Part shown: positions 48,237-57,896 of the stretch, in pieces
Numbering within the stretch: position 1 is the first letter of the stretch
Layout: the number at the start of each line of letters is the position of its first letter
Assembly: GCA_030433255.1 (NCBI GenBank)
Contig: JAUIMI010000002.1
Location: 65,177 to 129,176 of the forward strand
Length of the DNA: 64,000 nt
Reading direction: 5' to 3'
From: a bacterium
GTDB taxonomy: Bacteria > Patescibacteriota > Minisyncoccia > Phycocordibacterales > UBA1006
Notes under the pieces: model-generated
Database searches by the model: none
The model's input: only the letters and a program-made list of their open reading frames with translations
What the model was told of the DNA's origin: nothing
Program-made: the position numbers and the translations under genes

Positions 48237-51200
48237 TTAAATTCCAGTATTTATAACCCCCGAGAAAATTAATTGATAATCAAGATTCGATGCAGCATAC
48301 CAATTATGTCGTATACATTCTGGTTGGAAATCACTATCATCATCTCCGCCTAATCCGGTTGATCTTTGTAAATCAGAAATTCTTGGATTTCGACAGAACA
48401 AGACCCCTCTTTCACCACGAGCACGATTAAACGATGAAAAGAATCTGTCTTTTAAGAACATATCTTTAATTTCATAAGCGTTTTGTTGAATAGGCTTGAA
48501 ACCATAATCAGGATAATATCGTTGGAAATAGGCTTCTGTTTGTGGAAATTCTTGATCTTCATATTCAGGTAGCGTTGTTTCTGTACCAGGAGTTACCTGA
48601 ACGCTTACTGTTTCAATTATTGAATCATCAAAACGAAGAACACTGTTTTCAATTGCTGTTGGGCTCGCAATAACATTAGAAGTGAACACACTTTCTGTGT
48701 TTGGGTCACCATCATTTATTTTTGCATATTCATCTTCTAAAAATATTCTAATATCTTCATTGGTTCGATATGGTGTTGGGACGCCAATAAAGGTAAATCC
48801 TCCACCACCTCCACCAAACAATCCAAAGATATTACCAATAGCCAAGTATGGGTTTAAATTAAAGAGAGCTGTATTTACAATTGTTTGTTCGGTGGCAGTT
48901 GTATTAGTGTCACTACCACTAACAATAGATTGCAATTCAGAAAGATTTGCTCCAAGTGCATATGATTTCAAAACTAAACAATCACTGAGAATCTTTTCAC
49001 TCTCAACAGCACCACTATCAATACGGTTCCGATTAGCTTTTGCTCGAGCAATAAATTCATTATTAGATAAGTTACTTTGTTCAATATAGAAACCATAACG
49101 ATATTCTTCTTTTGTATCTCGTGGAGTACGATCTCGCCAAATATCCCATGCCATAGTAATAACAGCGTCACGAACACGGTTTGGGTTATTAGTTAATACA
49201 CTTGAAGTTGTTTCACCTTCTTCTATTCTAAGATTTAGATAGGTGATTGAGCTAGATCCATCAAATTTTTCAAATCCGTTTGCAGCATGTTCGGCTGCTT
49301 GTAATTTTTGAGTTGATGACAATTCATCCCATTGTGATTCATTAAGTACTAATTCACTTACATTTAATTCATTTTTATATGCATCAAATTCATCTTGAAT
49401 ATTTTGACGAATAAATTTCAAATTCAATAAGAGATTATTTAATGTTGTTATTCGTTGATCAATTTGAATACGTTCAGTTCGTGTTCCTCCAAGTAATTGA
49501 CTAAACAAGCTACGTATTCTCTCTGAGCCAGGAATATTTACAAGTGGGTCTTCAACCATTTCTTTTGTTTCAGTAAGTCCAATTTGATCAGATTCATTTC
49601 CATTAACATCAAATACGTCTTTATATCGTTGTTCCCAGTTATAATCTGGTCCAGGTAAACAACGATCTAATTCAATAGCGGTATTTTGTGACCCATCAAG
49701 AATATCTGATGCTTCGTTGTAATATCCTAATTCTTCTTCTGCAAGATGGATATTTCGTGTTAATTCTTGTCGTAAATTAATAATTACTTGTGGGCTGTTG
49801 CTCCATGCGGTGTTCCCAATATCTTCTGGTCCACCGATGAAACTGGTATCAACTGTATTACCAAAAATAGTTGATGTTGAGCTTGATGAAGATCCTGTGG
49901 CGTTCGCAATAGTGGTTGTGCTTGGGTTACTGGTAATTCCTAATACATCATATTGTGATTGATAATCAGTTACCCCAGTTGTTGCAAAGGTGTTTTGTGA
50001 TTCTTGAGGGGTAAAAAAGGTATTTACAGCAGCTCCTGTTAATTGTGATAAACCACTTTCTAATAAGCCATCAGTAAGTCGCCCTAGTGAGCTAATTAAA
50101 GGTGTCACCAATGAATCAGAAAAGAATTTCCCCTTATCTTCTTCTGATATAAGTGCGTTGTTTAATTTAGCTTCTACTTGTCCTCCTGGAGTTGCGGTTA
50201 TGATTTGTGTTCCTTCTGGGCAACTACCATCGTTAATTGAACTACCGTCAGAACATATTTTTTTGTCTAATACTTTTACTGGGGTTTGTAGGTCTTGTAC
50301 AACACTAGAAACTTTTGAAGTTGTTTTTTGACCCAGTGCTCCTTTCACGAGTGTTTGTAGTCCTGCATCATAGTTGTGTGGATCTGCTAACGCAAGATAT
50401 CCTTCCCATCCTCCAACGGTTATATCGGTTTTGAAGGCATCTTTTGCACCTTGAGAACCTAATAATTCTGTAAGTGTTTCACCTTGACCTTGGATTAACG
50501 AATCTAATGGATCAATATTTAAACGCTCTGACCCTGCTGTTGCAATAGTGGTTGCTACTGCACGTTTTGTGTTTAATTCCCCTGATTGATAGAGTTGATA
50601 GTTTTGTTCTGCAATAGCAGCAACATTACTAGCCAATTGAGATGTGTTGTCTTGGCATGCCTGTAGTGCCGAATTGTAGAGTGGTATTTGGTCTATACAT
50701 GTATCCCATGCAATTTCTTGTGCATCTCTTTCGTTTTCACACGCTTCTATTAATTCTTCATCTTCTAGGGGATCTAGTTGATATATACACCCCTCAAATT
50801 CATTTAGATATTGATCATATCTATTGGCACATGCAGCTTCTGAATTCTCAGCCAAGGGATATTGCGCATATACTTCATTTATACAAGTAAGGTTATCTAT
50901 ATCAGAATTTAGTTGTATATTATTTGCAACATTAGATGCTGTATTAAATGCATTTGAAATTACCTCATGCTCAGTTCCCTTGAGAAAATATTCCCAATTA
51001 TTTACAAATCCTGGATCTCCATCAAAGCCATTATTTGCCCAATTAATAGTATCCGAGGTGAGTTTTGTTAGTACTCGATCAGCCAATGATTTAACAACCG
51101 GCTTAAGCACATCATCTTTGGTAAATTGCCAAATTTGGTTTGCAATATTTGACGGATCATCAAGGTCTAATGCATATGCTTGTTTTGGTTGTGATAACTG

Positions 51201-51290
51201 AATAGTAAACACCATAGCAATGGCAAGTAATAAAGTAGTAATCTTTTTTATCATAGAAAAATTATACCATTCTTCTATATGAATAGACAA
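48237..51290 (-). CDS. large secreted protein (1017 aa), first gene of the T4SS-like cluster
   Basis: N-terminal signal/TM; Asn/Ser/Thr-rich; several Cys pairs. Confidence 0.45.
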   Translation of the reverse strand: MSIHIEEWYNFSMIKKITTLLLAIAMVFTIQLSQPKQAYALDLDDPSNIANQIWQFTKDDVLKPVVKSLADRVLTKLTSDTINWANNGFDGDPGFVNNWEYFLKGTEHEVISNAFNTASNVANNIQLNSDIDNLTCINEVYAQYPLAENSEAACANRYDQYLNEFEGCIYQLDPLEDEELIEACENERDAQEIAWDTCIDQIPLYNSALQACQDNTSQLASNVAAIAEQNYQLYQSGELNTKRAVATTIATAGSERLNIDPLDSLIQGQGETLTELLGSQGAKDAFKTDITVGGWEGYLALADPHNYDAGLQTLVKGALGQKTTSKVSSVVQDLQTPVKVLDKKICSDGSSINDGSCPEGTQIITATPGGQVEAKLNNALISEEDKGKFFSDSLVTPLISSLGRLTDGLLESGLSQLTGAAVNTFFTPQESQNTFATTGVTDYQSQYDVLGITSNPSTTTIANATGSSSSSTSTIFGNTVDTSFIGGPEDIGNTAWSNSPQVIINLRQELTRNIHLAEEELGYYNEASDILDGSQNTAIELDRCLPGPDYNWEQRYKDVFDVNGNESDQIGLTETKEMVEDPLVNIPGSERIRSLFSQLLGGTRTERIQIDQRITTLNNLLLNLKFIRQNIQDEFDAYKNELNVSELVLNESQWDELSSTQKLQAAEHAANGFEKFDGSSSITYLNLRIEEGETTSSVLTNNPNRVRDAVITMAWDIWRDRTPRDTKEEYRYGFYIEQSNLSNNEFIARAKANRNRIDSGAVESEKILSDCLVLKSYALGANLSELQSIVSGSDTNTTATEQTIVNTALFNLNPYLAIGNIFGLFGGGGGGFTFIGVPTPYRTNEDIRIFLEDEYAKINDGDPNTESVFTSNVIASPTAIENSVLRFDDSIIETVSVQVTPGTETTLPEYEDQEFPQTEAYFQRYYPDYGFKPIQQNAYEIKDMFLKDRFFSSFNRARGERGVLFCRNPRISDLQRSTGLGGDDDSDFQPECIRHNWYAASNLDYQLIFSGVINTGI

Positions 51291-51338
51291 TTTATATATT
51301 GCCTGTCACATTTTTTATTTTTTGTTATAGTGAACGAC

Positions 51339-52400
51339 ATGAAAACAGAAGTAAAAAAAGGAGAAAATGCACAAGTAGAAATTACTGTTGTGTTGCCAAG
51401 TGAGAAATTAGAGGAACAACGTGAACCAGTCGTTACTGATTTTTTAAAAAACGTTGAAGTTGATGGGTTCCGCAAGGGAAATGTTCCACAAGATATTGCC
51501 ATGAAACAAATTAATCCAATGGCTGTATTAGAAGAAATGGCACAACGAGCAATTAGTGCTGCTTATGTGGATATTTTGACCAAAGAAGACATCAAGGCAA
51601 TTGGACATCCGCAGATAATGATTACTAAAATTGCAGAAGGGGCTGACCTTGAGTTTAAAATTACCACTGCAGTATTACCTGAGATTAAACTTGGTGATTA
51701 TAAAAAAATTGCGAAAGAAGAAAATAAAAAAGAAGTATCAAATGACGTAGAGGAAAAAGAAATTGAGGAAGCTATTAATAATCTACGTCGCATGCGTGCA
51801 CAACAAGAAATGACACAAAATGCACAAGAAGGTGATGAGCCAGTTTCATGGAGTGATATAAAAGAAGAAGATTTACCAGAGGTAACTGAAGAATGGGTAA
51901 AAACATTAGGTGCATTTGAGAATATTGAAGATTTTAAAGCAAAAATTACCGAAAATCTTAAAAATGAAAAAGAAGCAAAAAATATAGAGAAAAAACGTAT
52001 TGCAATTATTGATGGAATTATTGAACAATCAGAAATTGAAGTCCCAGATATGATGGTTGACTATGAAATTGAAAAAATGATGCATGAATTTGAAGGAAAT
52101 ATTGCAATGACTGGAACTTCATTTGATGACTATTTACAATCAATCGGTAAAACTCGTGATGATTACAAAAAAGAGTGGCGAGACCAAGGATTCAAGCGAG
52201 CGCAAACCCAGTTAATGCTGAACGATATTGCGACAACTGAAAAAATTGATCCTTCTGATGAAACAATTAACGAAGAAGTTGCTAAAATAATGGAACAATA
52301 TAAGGATCAAAAAGGTATTGATGAAAATAATGTACGAGCCTATGTGGCAACAGTACTTACCCATCAAGAGGTATTTAAATTCTTAGAAGGATTAAAATAA
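51339..52400 (+). CDS. tig: trigger factor (short, about 354 aa)
   Basis: Ribosome-binding signature GFRKGNVP in the N-domain; tig-clpP synteny. The start is taken at the internal Met MKTEVKK; the ORF track begins at 51279. Confidence 0.8.
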   Translation: MKTEVKKGENAQVEITVVLPSEKLEEQREPVVTDFLKNVEVDGFRKGNVPQDIAMKQINPMAVLEEMAQRAISAAYVDILTKEDIKAIGHPQIMITKIAEGADLEFKITTAVLPEIKLGDYKKIAKEENKKEVSNDVEEKEIEEAINNLRRMRAQQEMTQNAQEGDEPVSWSDIKEEDLPEVTEEWVKTLGAFENIEDFKAKITENLKNEKEAKNIEKKRIAIIDGIIEQSEIEVPDMMVDYEIEKMMHEFEGNIAMTGTSFDDYLQSIGKTRDDYKKEWRDQGFKRAQTQLMLNDIATTEKIDPSDETINEEVAKIMEQYKDQKGIDENNVRAYVATVLTHQEVFKFLEGLK

Positions 52401-52437
52401 CACCAATTTTAGGTGTTTTTTTGATATACTAGTAGTC

Positions 52438-52704
52438 ATGAAAAAGAAACGAGGACAACGATTTAATGTTCATATTAATAATGAACTCAAAGAAGTATTT
52501 GTAGGTCATCATACTTTGTTTTCAGTAATTGGATTTACTGTCGGTGGTATTTTAGTTGGTGAAACATTGAAAGAATGGGCTCATATTCATTTAGGGTTAC
52601 CACTGACACTTATTATAGGTTTTGTACTTATTTTTCTTACGGGTGTTATTTTGCATAAATTTAGTGACCCTTCTGAGGCTAAAAATGATGATGGTTTGGT
52701 TTAA
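52438..52704 (+). CDS. small membrane protein (88 aa)
   Basis: Two hydrophobic segments; unknown function. Confidence 0.3.
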   Translation: MKKKRGQRFNVHINNELKEVFVGHHTLFSVIGFTVGGILVGETLKEWAHIHLGLPLTLIIGFVLIFLTGVILHKFSDPSEAKNDDGLV

Positions 52705-52750
52705 TATACAAGGTTGATACCTTGTTTTTTTTATTTATACTACAAGTATT

Positions 52751-53335
52751 ATGTTAATTCCAACAGTTATTCAAAAGACGCATGCTGGAGAGCGTGCTTA
52801 TGATATTTATTCACGACTCTTAAAAGAACGGATTATTTTTATCGGTGGTCCAATCCATGACGATATTGCCAATAGTGTTGTTGCCCAGCTACTACATTTG
52901 GAACAAGAGGACGCAGAAAAAGATATTACCATTTATGTAAACTCTCCAGGAGGTTCTGTTTCTGCTGGTATGGCAATGATTGATACTATGCATTTCATTA
53001 AACCTGACGTATCAACGGTGTGTATTGGGATGGCAGCTTCAATGGGAGCAATGATTCTTTCTCAAGGGGCAAAAGGAAAACGATATGTACTTCCTAACAG
53101 TCGGGTTATGATTCATCAACCATTAACAGGTGTTGAGGGGCAAGCCTCTGATATCGCTATTACTGCCGAGCAGATTTTAAAAACAAAAAAGAAACTCGCA
53201 ACTATGATTGCTGATTCATCTGGTCAAAAGATTAGCCAGGTTGAAAAAGACATGGATCGTGACTATTGGATGGACGCAACTGAAGCAAAAAAATATGGAA
53301 TTGTTGATGGTATCATCACAAAACGAAAAAAATAA
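52751..53335 (+). CDS. clpP: ATP-dependent Clp protease proteolytic subunit
   Basis: [30 protein letters not shown]; catalytic Ser region GMAASMGA; His in MIHQP; 194 aa. Confidence 0.9.
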   Translation: MLIPTVIQKTHAGERAYDIYSRLLKERIIFIGGPIHDDIANSVVAQLLHLEQEDAEKDITIYVNSPGGSVSAGMAMIDTMHFIKPDVSTVCIGMAASMGAMILSQGAKGKRYVLPNSRVMIHQPLTGVEGQASDIAITAEQILKTKKKLATMIADSSGQKISQVEKDMDRDYWMDATEAKKYGIVDGIITKRKK

Positions 53336-53493
53336 GGACTATCCTTATTTTTTATTTTATTGTTTTAGTATTTTTAAATTATATGTCAATGTTTTTTGTT
53401 TGCGAATTCCTGAAAAAGCATTGTATAATAACACTGTGAAAGCTTTTTAGGTTTCAACAAAACTTATTTACTCATTTAATATATTTAGACACG

Positions 53494-53769
53494 ATGAAAA
53501 AACAAGATTTAGCTAATATGGTTAACGAAATGATTGGGGGAACAAAAACTCAATCAGAAGCAGTAGTACAGGCAATCTTTGATGCTATTACAGATGAAAT
53601 GGCAAAAGGAGGAGTTGCTGATATTGCTGGATTCGGTAAATTCGAAGGAGTAATGCGAGACGCGCGTACGGCTCGAAACCCTCGAACAGGAGAAATGGTG
53701 GAAGTTGCTGCAAAACGAGTTCCAAAACTTAAATTTGGTAAAAAGACCAAAGACGCAGTTGCTAAATAA
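53494..53769 (+). CDS. hup: DNA-binding protein HU
   Basis: 91 aa; the RNPRTGE arm motif and GFGKF. Confidence 0.85.
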   Translation: MKKQDLANMVNEMIGGTKTQSEAVVQAIFDAITDEMAKGGVADIAGFGKFEGVMRDARTARNPRTGEMVEVAAKRVPKLKFGKKTKDAVAK

Positions 53770-53882
53770 CTATCATTTTTAAAATAAAAAGCTGGAAGGC
53801 TTTTTATTTTTACAAAATCTTGCATATTTTACCGTCTTTGCTAATATTATCTGTGTTCCTTATTGGAATTAATTATATATCT

Positions 53883-53953
53883 GCGGGCGTAGTTTAGTGG
53901 TAGAATATCTGGCTTCCAACCAGAGGACGAGAGTTCGATTCTCTCCGCCCGCA
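53883..53953 (+). tRNA. tRNA-Gly (anticodon UCC)
   Basis: GCGGGCG acceptor, D-arm AGTGGTAGAAT, anticodon loop CTTCCAA, T-arm GAGAGTTCGATTCTCTC, and a promoter-like TTGCAT-N17-TAATAT upstream. Confidence 0.85.
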
Positions 53954-53960
53954 CACCAGA

Positions 53961-53990
53961 AAAAACCCTTTATTTACAAGGGTTTTTTCT
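53961..53990 (+). terminator. intrinsic terminator after tRNA-Gly
   Basis: AACCCTT-tatttac-AAGGGTT plus T6. Confidence 0.55.
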
Positions 53991-54014
53991 TATACACGTG
54001 AAGGGAAATTTGTA

Positions 54015-54803
54015 CTAAATCGAACTTCCCCTGTTTTTTAGGATTGCTCTTTTTATTTCATTCAATTTATCAATACCAGAATTTGTGTTAATTCCAGTCG
54101 TATCAAAATTTTCTGGTAACCCTAATGCGTTGTTTATTTCCACTCTTGGAGTTTTGGTGTCAATTTCTTGATAATCGAAGTATTCTTCAAGATTATCAAT
54201 CCATTGTTTTGGACTTAACGGTAATGAGATATTTTCTGAAAGAAACCGGGCTGTTTCTTTGATTTTTTCTTGCATCTTACTATCTGCCTCTCGGTTATAT
54301 TCCCATTCGTTGTCTTCATTAAAACCATCTTTCATAACCCAACCTTCTTCTGAAAAACCATAAAATGGATACCATTCACCCTTATTTTTTCCAGAAGTAC
54401 CATTACTTGATGAGTAGAATGGCATTTCAATTCCATCTACCTCTGCAAGAACAAACTTACGACCATCATATTCTTGAATAGTTGAGGTAACACCATTTAA
54501 GGTGAAAGGTTTAAGTATCGTACTAACCTCTTTATTTACCTTAATCTCTATACCTAAAGGGTACATATTTTTTGTATACCATTTTTTAAATTCAGAAGGT
54601 TCAATTTTTAGCTGTAAATCTTGCTTAATCAAAGATAGAGCTTCTTCAGCAGAAGATACTTCATCTTCTTTTTTATCCCATTTATCAAAAATTTCTTGTT
54701 TTTGAGTTTCCAGGTTTGTATTCTGTACTCTCGGTTCTTCCCACTTGTTTGAGATGTTGTTTATTTGGTTGTTCCATTTTTCCATGTTTACACTATACAC
54801 CAC
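54015..54803 (-). CDS. hypothetical protein (262 aa)
   Basis: ORF with a Trp-rich acidic C-terminal half; no motif I recognise. Confidence 0.4.
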   Translation of the reverse strand: MVYSVNMEKWNNQINNISNKWEEPRVQNTNLETQKQEIFDKWDKKEDEVSSAEEALSLIKQDLQLKIEPSEFKKWYTKNMYPLGIEIKVNKEVSTILKPFTLNGVTSTIQEYDGRKFVLAEVDGIEMPFYSSSNGTSGKNKGEWYPFYGFSEEGWVMKDGFNEDNEWEYNREADSKMQEKIKETARFLSENISLPLSPKQWIDNLEEYFDYQEIDTKTPRVEINNALGLPENFDTTGINTNSGIDKLNEIKRAILKNRGSSI

Positions 54804-54968
54804 CTTCCAATATATTTATTCGAACACGGTCCCACATCGTGCACACTTTTTGAGAAAAAACACGAAAGTGTTTTTTCTTTTTCGTATGTCACCTTAGGTG
54901 TTAAATTTAAAAAACGAAATACTATCGTGACAAGTGGCATTTGTTTATGTCTCTATTATATTTATATT

Positions 54969-56230
54969 ATGAATTTGAAAAGAATATTTTTACTTTTAAC
55001 ACTCCTACTAATCCCACAATTAACAAACGCCGCATTAACCATAAACACTATTGATTACAGTAGTGAAGACGCAATTGATATTGTTTTTATTGCTGATGGT
55101 TTTACCACTGCAGAACAATCAACATATGAATCATATGTAGCTCAGGCTGTTGGGTATCTTTTTGATAATCCTCCTTTTGATGCTGAATCAAATAAGTTCA
55201 ATATATATTCCATTCCTACTGTTTCAAATGAATCAGGTATTTCTGTTCAGGGAGGTATTAGTGTTGATACTTTTCTTAAAACACATTTAAATGAAAATAA
55301 CTTACCTCGACTTACTGGATTACCAGATGAATTCCGTTCTTTTTTAAGAAATGAATTAAAAAAAGTCTTTAAAAAGAAAATCTATCCCATTATTATTATG
55401 AACACTGGGGTGTATGGAGGTTCTGGTGAACTCAATAGGGAACCACGGTTTATGAGTGTTACTCAGGTTACACTAGATACAGAATACCATGCCTTTAGAG
55501 AATTTCTTGTTCATGAATTTGGACACTCTTTTATAGATCTTGCTGACGAATATGGAGGTGATTGTTCTTCAAGTGAAGTGGATGATTGGGATATTGATCA
55601 TTATGATAAAAAAATGTTACACAAGATGCAACTAATAATAGAAAATGGGATGAGCTTGTTACTTCACCACAATATATTTTAGGAGCAAATTACTGTGATA
55701 CTGATTGGTATAGAAGTAGCGCAAGCGATATTATGCGTAGTGTTGGGTCTGGTAATATTCATAATGAGTTAGGACAAATTCTTGCTGAAGAAAGAATTGA
55801 GGAAGATATTGATTATAATACTGATGTTGTTTCTTTTCAGAATAATGGATTATTTAATTTGTCATCATATCGTAATCAAAATATACGTATTCATGCTGAT
55901 GAAATAAGTGTAAGAAAGGATGTTAAGTGTAAAAATCTTTACGTGGCGGAAGATAGTCATCTTATTTTAGAACAAGGGTCAAGAATTATCTGTGATACTG
56001 TTGATATTTTAGGGAGTGTAAGTTATGTAAAGAAAAATAATTCTTCTGGTGTTTCCCTTCGGTTTGGGTGTAAAGATCCAAATGCAAAAAACTACACTCG
56101 TTTTGCGCGACATAGGCAATCAATGTGTGTGTATGGCTATCAAGATGCTCGTCCTCCACACTTTATTCTAAGTTCAGATAAGCTATTATCGGTAAATGAC
56201 CATGGCCATGACCATGAACACCTAAGATAG
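54969..56230 (+). pseudogene. secreted HExxH zinc metallopeptidase (M64/IgA-peptidase-like) disrupted by a frameshift at an A7 tract
   Basis: Signal peptide MNLKRIFLLLTLLLIPQLTNA; HEFGHSFIDLADEY motif. The frame breaks at A7 (55608-55614) and the protein continues in another frame (…NRKWDELVTSPQYILGANYCDTDWYRSSASDIMR…), ending with the shared CKDPNAKNY...RHRQSMC motif. Confidence 0.45.
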
Positions 56231-56436
56231 TTAGGTGTTTTTTGCTATAATAAAAAAGTATGAACGGGATATTTTATAATGTTTTTGTTGGTTTTTTATT
56301 ATTTTTTAGTAGTGTTGTAACGGTTTTTGCTTCTGATTTTACAGAATTAAATATTATTGGTGATACCGGTTGGACGTGAGGTGTTGATGCGGGTGATATT
56401 GATGGTGATGGTGACATCGATGTTACAGCAGGTAAT

Positions 56437-57867
56437 TTGTCCGGAACAAGTCGCGTTTGGTTAAATGATGGATCAGGGGCTTTTACTGAATTTCCTCTTA
56501 CAGGTATAACTTCTGTTTCTCATTTAAATATTGTTGATATTGATGGTGACGGAAATCAGGATATTTTGTTAAGTCGTGTTGGTGGTTCTTCATTAGTTGG
56601 ATTTTTTAATGATGGTGCCATGAATTTCACACAACGAACTCTCTATGCTTCCTCGGGAGCATTATATGAATCACAGGTTGGTGATATTGATGGTGATGGT
56701 TTTAATGATATTTATGTTACTGAGCAACAGTCCGGCGGTAGATCGAATCTTCTACTTATTAACGATGGAAGCGATAATTTTATTGTAAATAATATTGCAT
56801 CTGATACCGCTGCAAGTATTACTGTTAGAGTAATAGATATTGATAATGACGGTGATTTGGATATTTATCGCCCTAGTTATAACGCAAGTCAAAACACCCT
56901 TTGGATAAACGACGGTCTCGGGAATGGAGGAGCCTCATTTAGTGCATCTAATATTACCGGTGATACTGGTAGTGTCTATCAAACTCAGGTAATAGATATT
57001 GATAATGACGGTGATTTGGATATTTATAATGTGGTTGCCCCTGGTCAAAACACCCTTTGGATAAACGACGGTCTCGGGAATGGAGGAGCCTCATTTAGTG
57101 CATCTAATATTACCGGTGATACTGATTCCGGAGCATCTGCAATAATAGATGTAAATGCTGATGGCTATCTGGATATCTATAGTTCGCTTTATGGCGCACA
57201 AAGTTATCTTTGGATAAATGATGGATTAGGCAATGGTGGTGCTTCGTTTGCTAATGATGCTATACCAGGTAATTCACCAAGCACTGTTTTTGCAACATCG
57301 GGTGATTTCGATGGTGATGGTATTACTGATCTGTATGTCGGAGTTTATGCAGGTGGGCAAAATCTCCTTCTTATTAATGATTTTGAACCACCTGAACCAC
57401 CTTCAAGTTCAAGCAGGTCATCTTCTGGTGGTATTGGTTCTATTAGATATGTATGTAAAGATAAAACAGCATCCAACTATAATGGAACACGTTTTGCTCG
57501 TCATAAACAATCAAAATGTAAGTTTGATACAGATATTCAAGACATAAACACGTCGATTGGTAATGTATGCACCATACCTTTTGATGATTATTATCAAAAG
57601 GGTGACTCTCACGATAATGTTGCTGTTATCCAATCATTTCTTAATTCACATTTAAATATTGATTTATTTATTGACGGTATTTTCGGGAATCAGACTCATG
57701 ATGCCGTTTCTCAGTTTCAGGATATGTACAAAACAGATATTCTTGTTCCTTGGGGACTTTCATCTCCTACAGGGCGTTGGTATCAATCAACACGTAAAAA
57801 AGCAAACGATATTCTCGGGTGTTCAGAAGGTATGGTTACCTTAGATAATGGAGTTATTCTTAAATAA
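56437..57867 (+). CDS. FG-GAP/VCBS-repeat beta-propeller-like surface protein with a C-terminal Cys motif plus PG-binding domain
   Basis: Repeated DIDGDGxxDI / DIDNDGDLDIY motifs; a 156-bp tandem in-frame duplication; C-terminus homologous to the 8232..9230 protein. An upstream in-frame signal peptide (56260-56376) is cut off by TGA at 56377. Confidence 0.5.
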   Translation: MSGTSRVWLNDGSGAFTEFPLTGITSVSHLNIVDIDGDGNQDILLSRVGGSSLVGFFNDGAMNFTQRTLYASSGALYESQVGDIDGDGFNDIYVTEQQSGGRSNLLLINDGSDNFIVNNIASDTAASITVRVIDIDNDGDLDIYRPSYNASQNTLWINDGLGNGGASFSASNITGDTGSVYQTQVIDIDNDGDLDIYNVVAPGQNTLWINDGLGNGGASFSASNITGDTDSGASAIIDVNADGYLDIYSSLYGAQSYLWINDGLGNGGASFANDAIPGNSPSTVFATSGDFDGDGITDLYVGVYAGGQNLLLINDFEPPEPPSSSSRSSSGGIGSIRYVCKDKTASNYNGTRFARHKQSKCKFDTDIQDINTSIGNVCTIPFDDYYQKGDSHDNVAVIQSFLNSHLNIDLFIDGIFGNQTHDAVSQFQDMYKTDILVPWGLSSPTGRWYQSTRKKANDILGCSEGMVTLDNGVILK

Positions 57868-57896
57868 AAAGAACTACTTATAAGTAGTTCTTTTTA
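57866..57896 (+). terminator. intrinsic terminator
   Basis: A perfect 20-bp palindrome GAACTACTTATAAGTAGTTC plus T5. Confidence 0.55.

Noticed and set aside
51279-51338. Longer N-terminal extension of trigger factor (start at 51279), and of jag (35553), the pilin (8212), the 1093-aa protein (19447), NT5C (58567) and the M64 peptidase (54765)
   Set aside because: The extensions overlap neighbouring genes or promoters and encode hydrophobic or low-complexity junk. Internal Met starts give canonical N-termini.
56377-56379. Possibility that the genome uses an alternative genetic code (UGA as a sense codon, code 4 or 25)
   Set aside because: Housekeeping ORFs (PolA 790 aa, PBP 971 aa, DnaA, PilB) and very long surface-protein ORFs are all intact under the standard code with no UGA interruptions. 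The single in-frame TGA is therefore treated as a local event.
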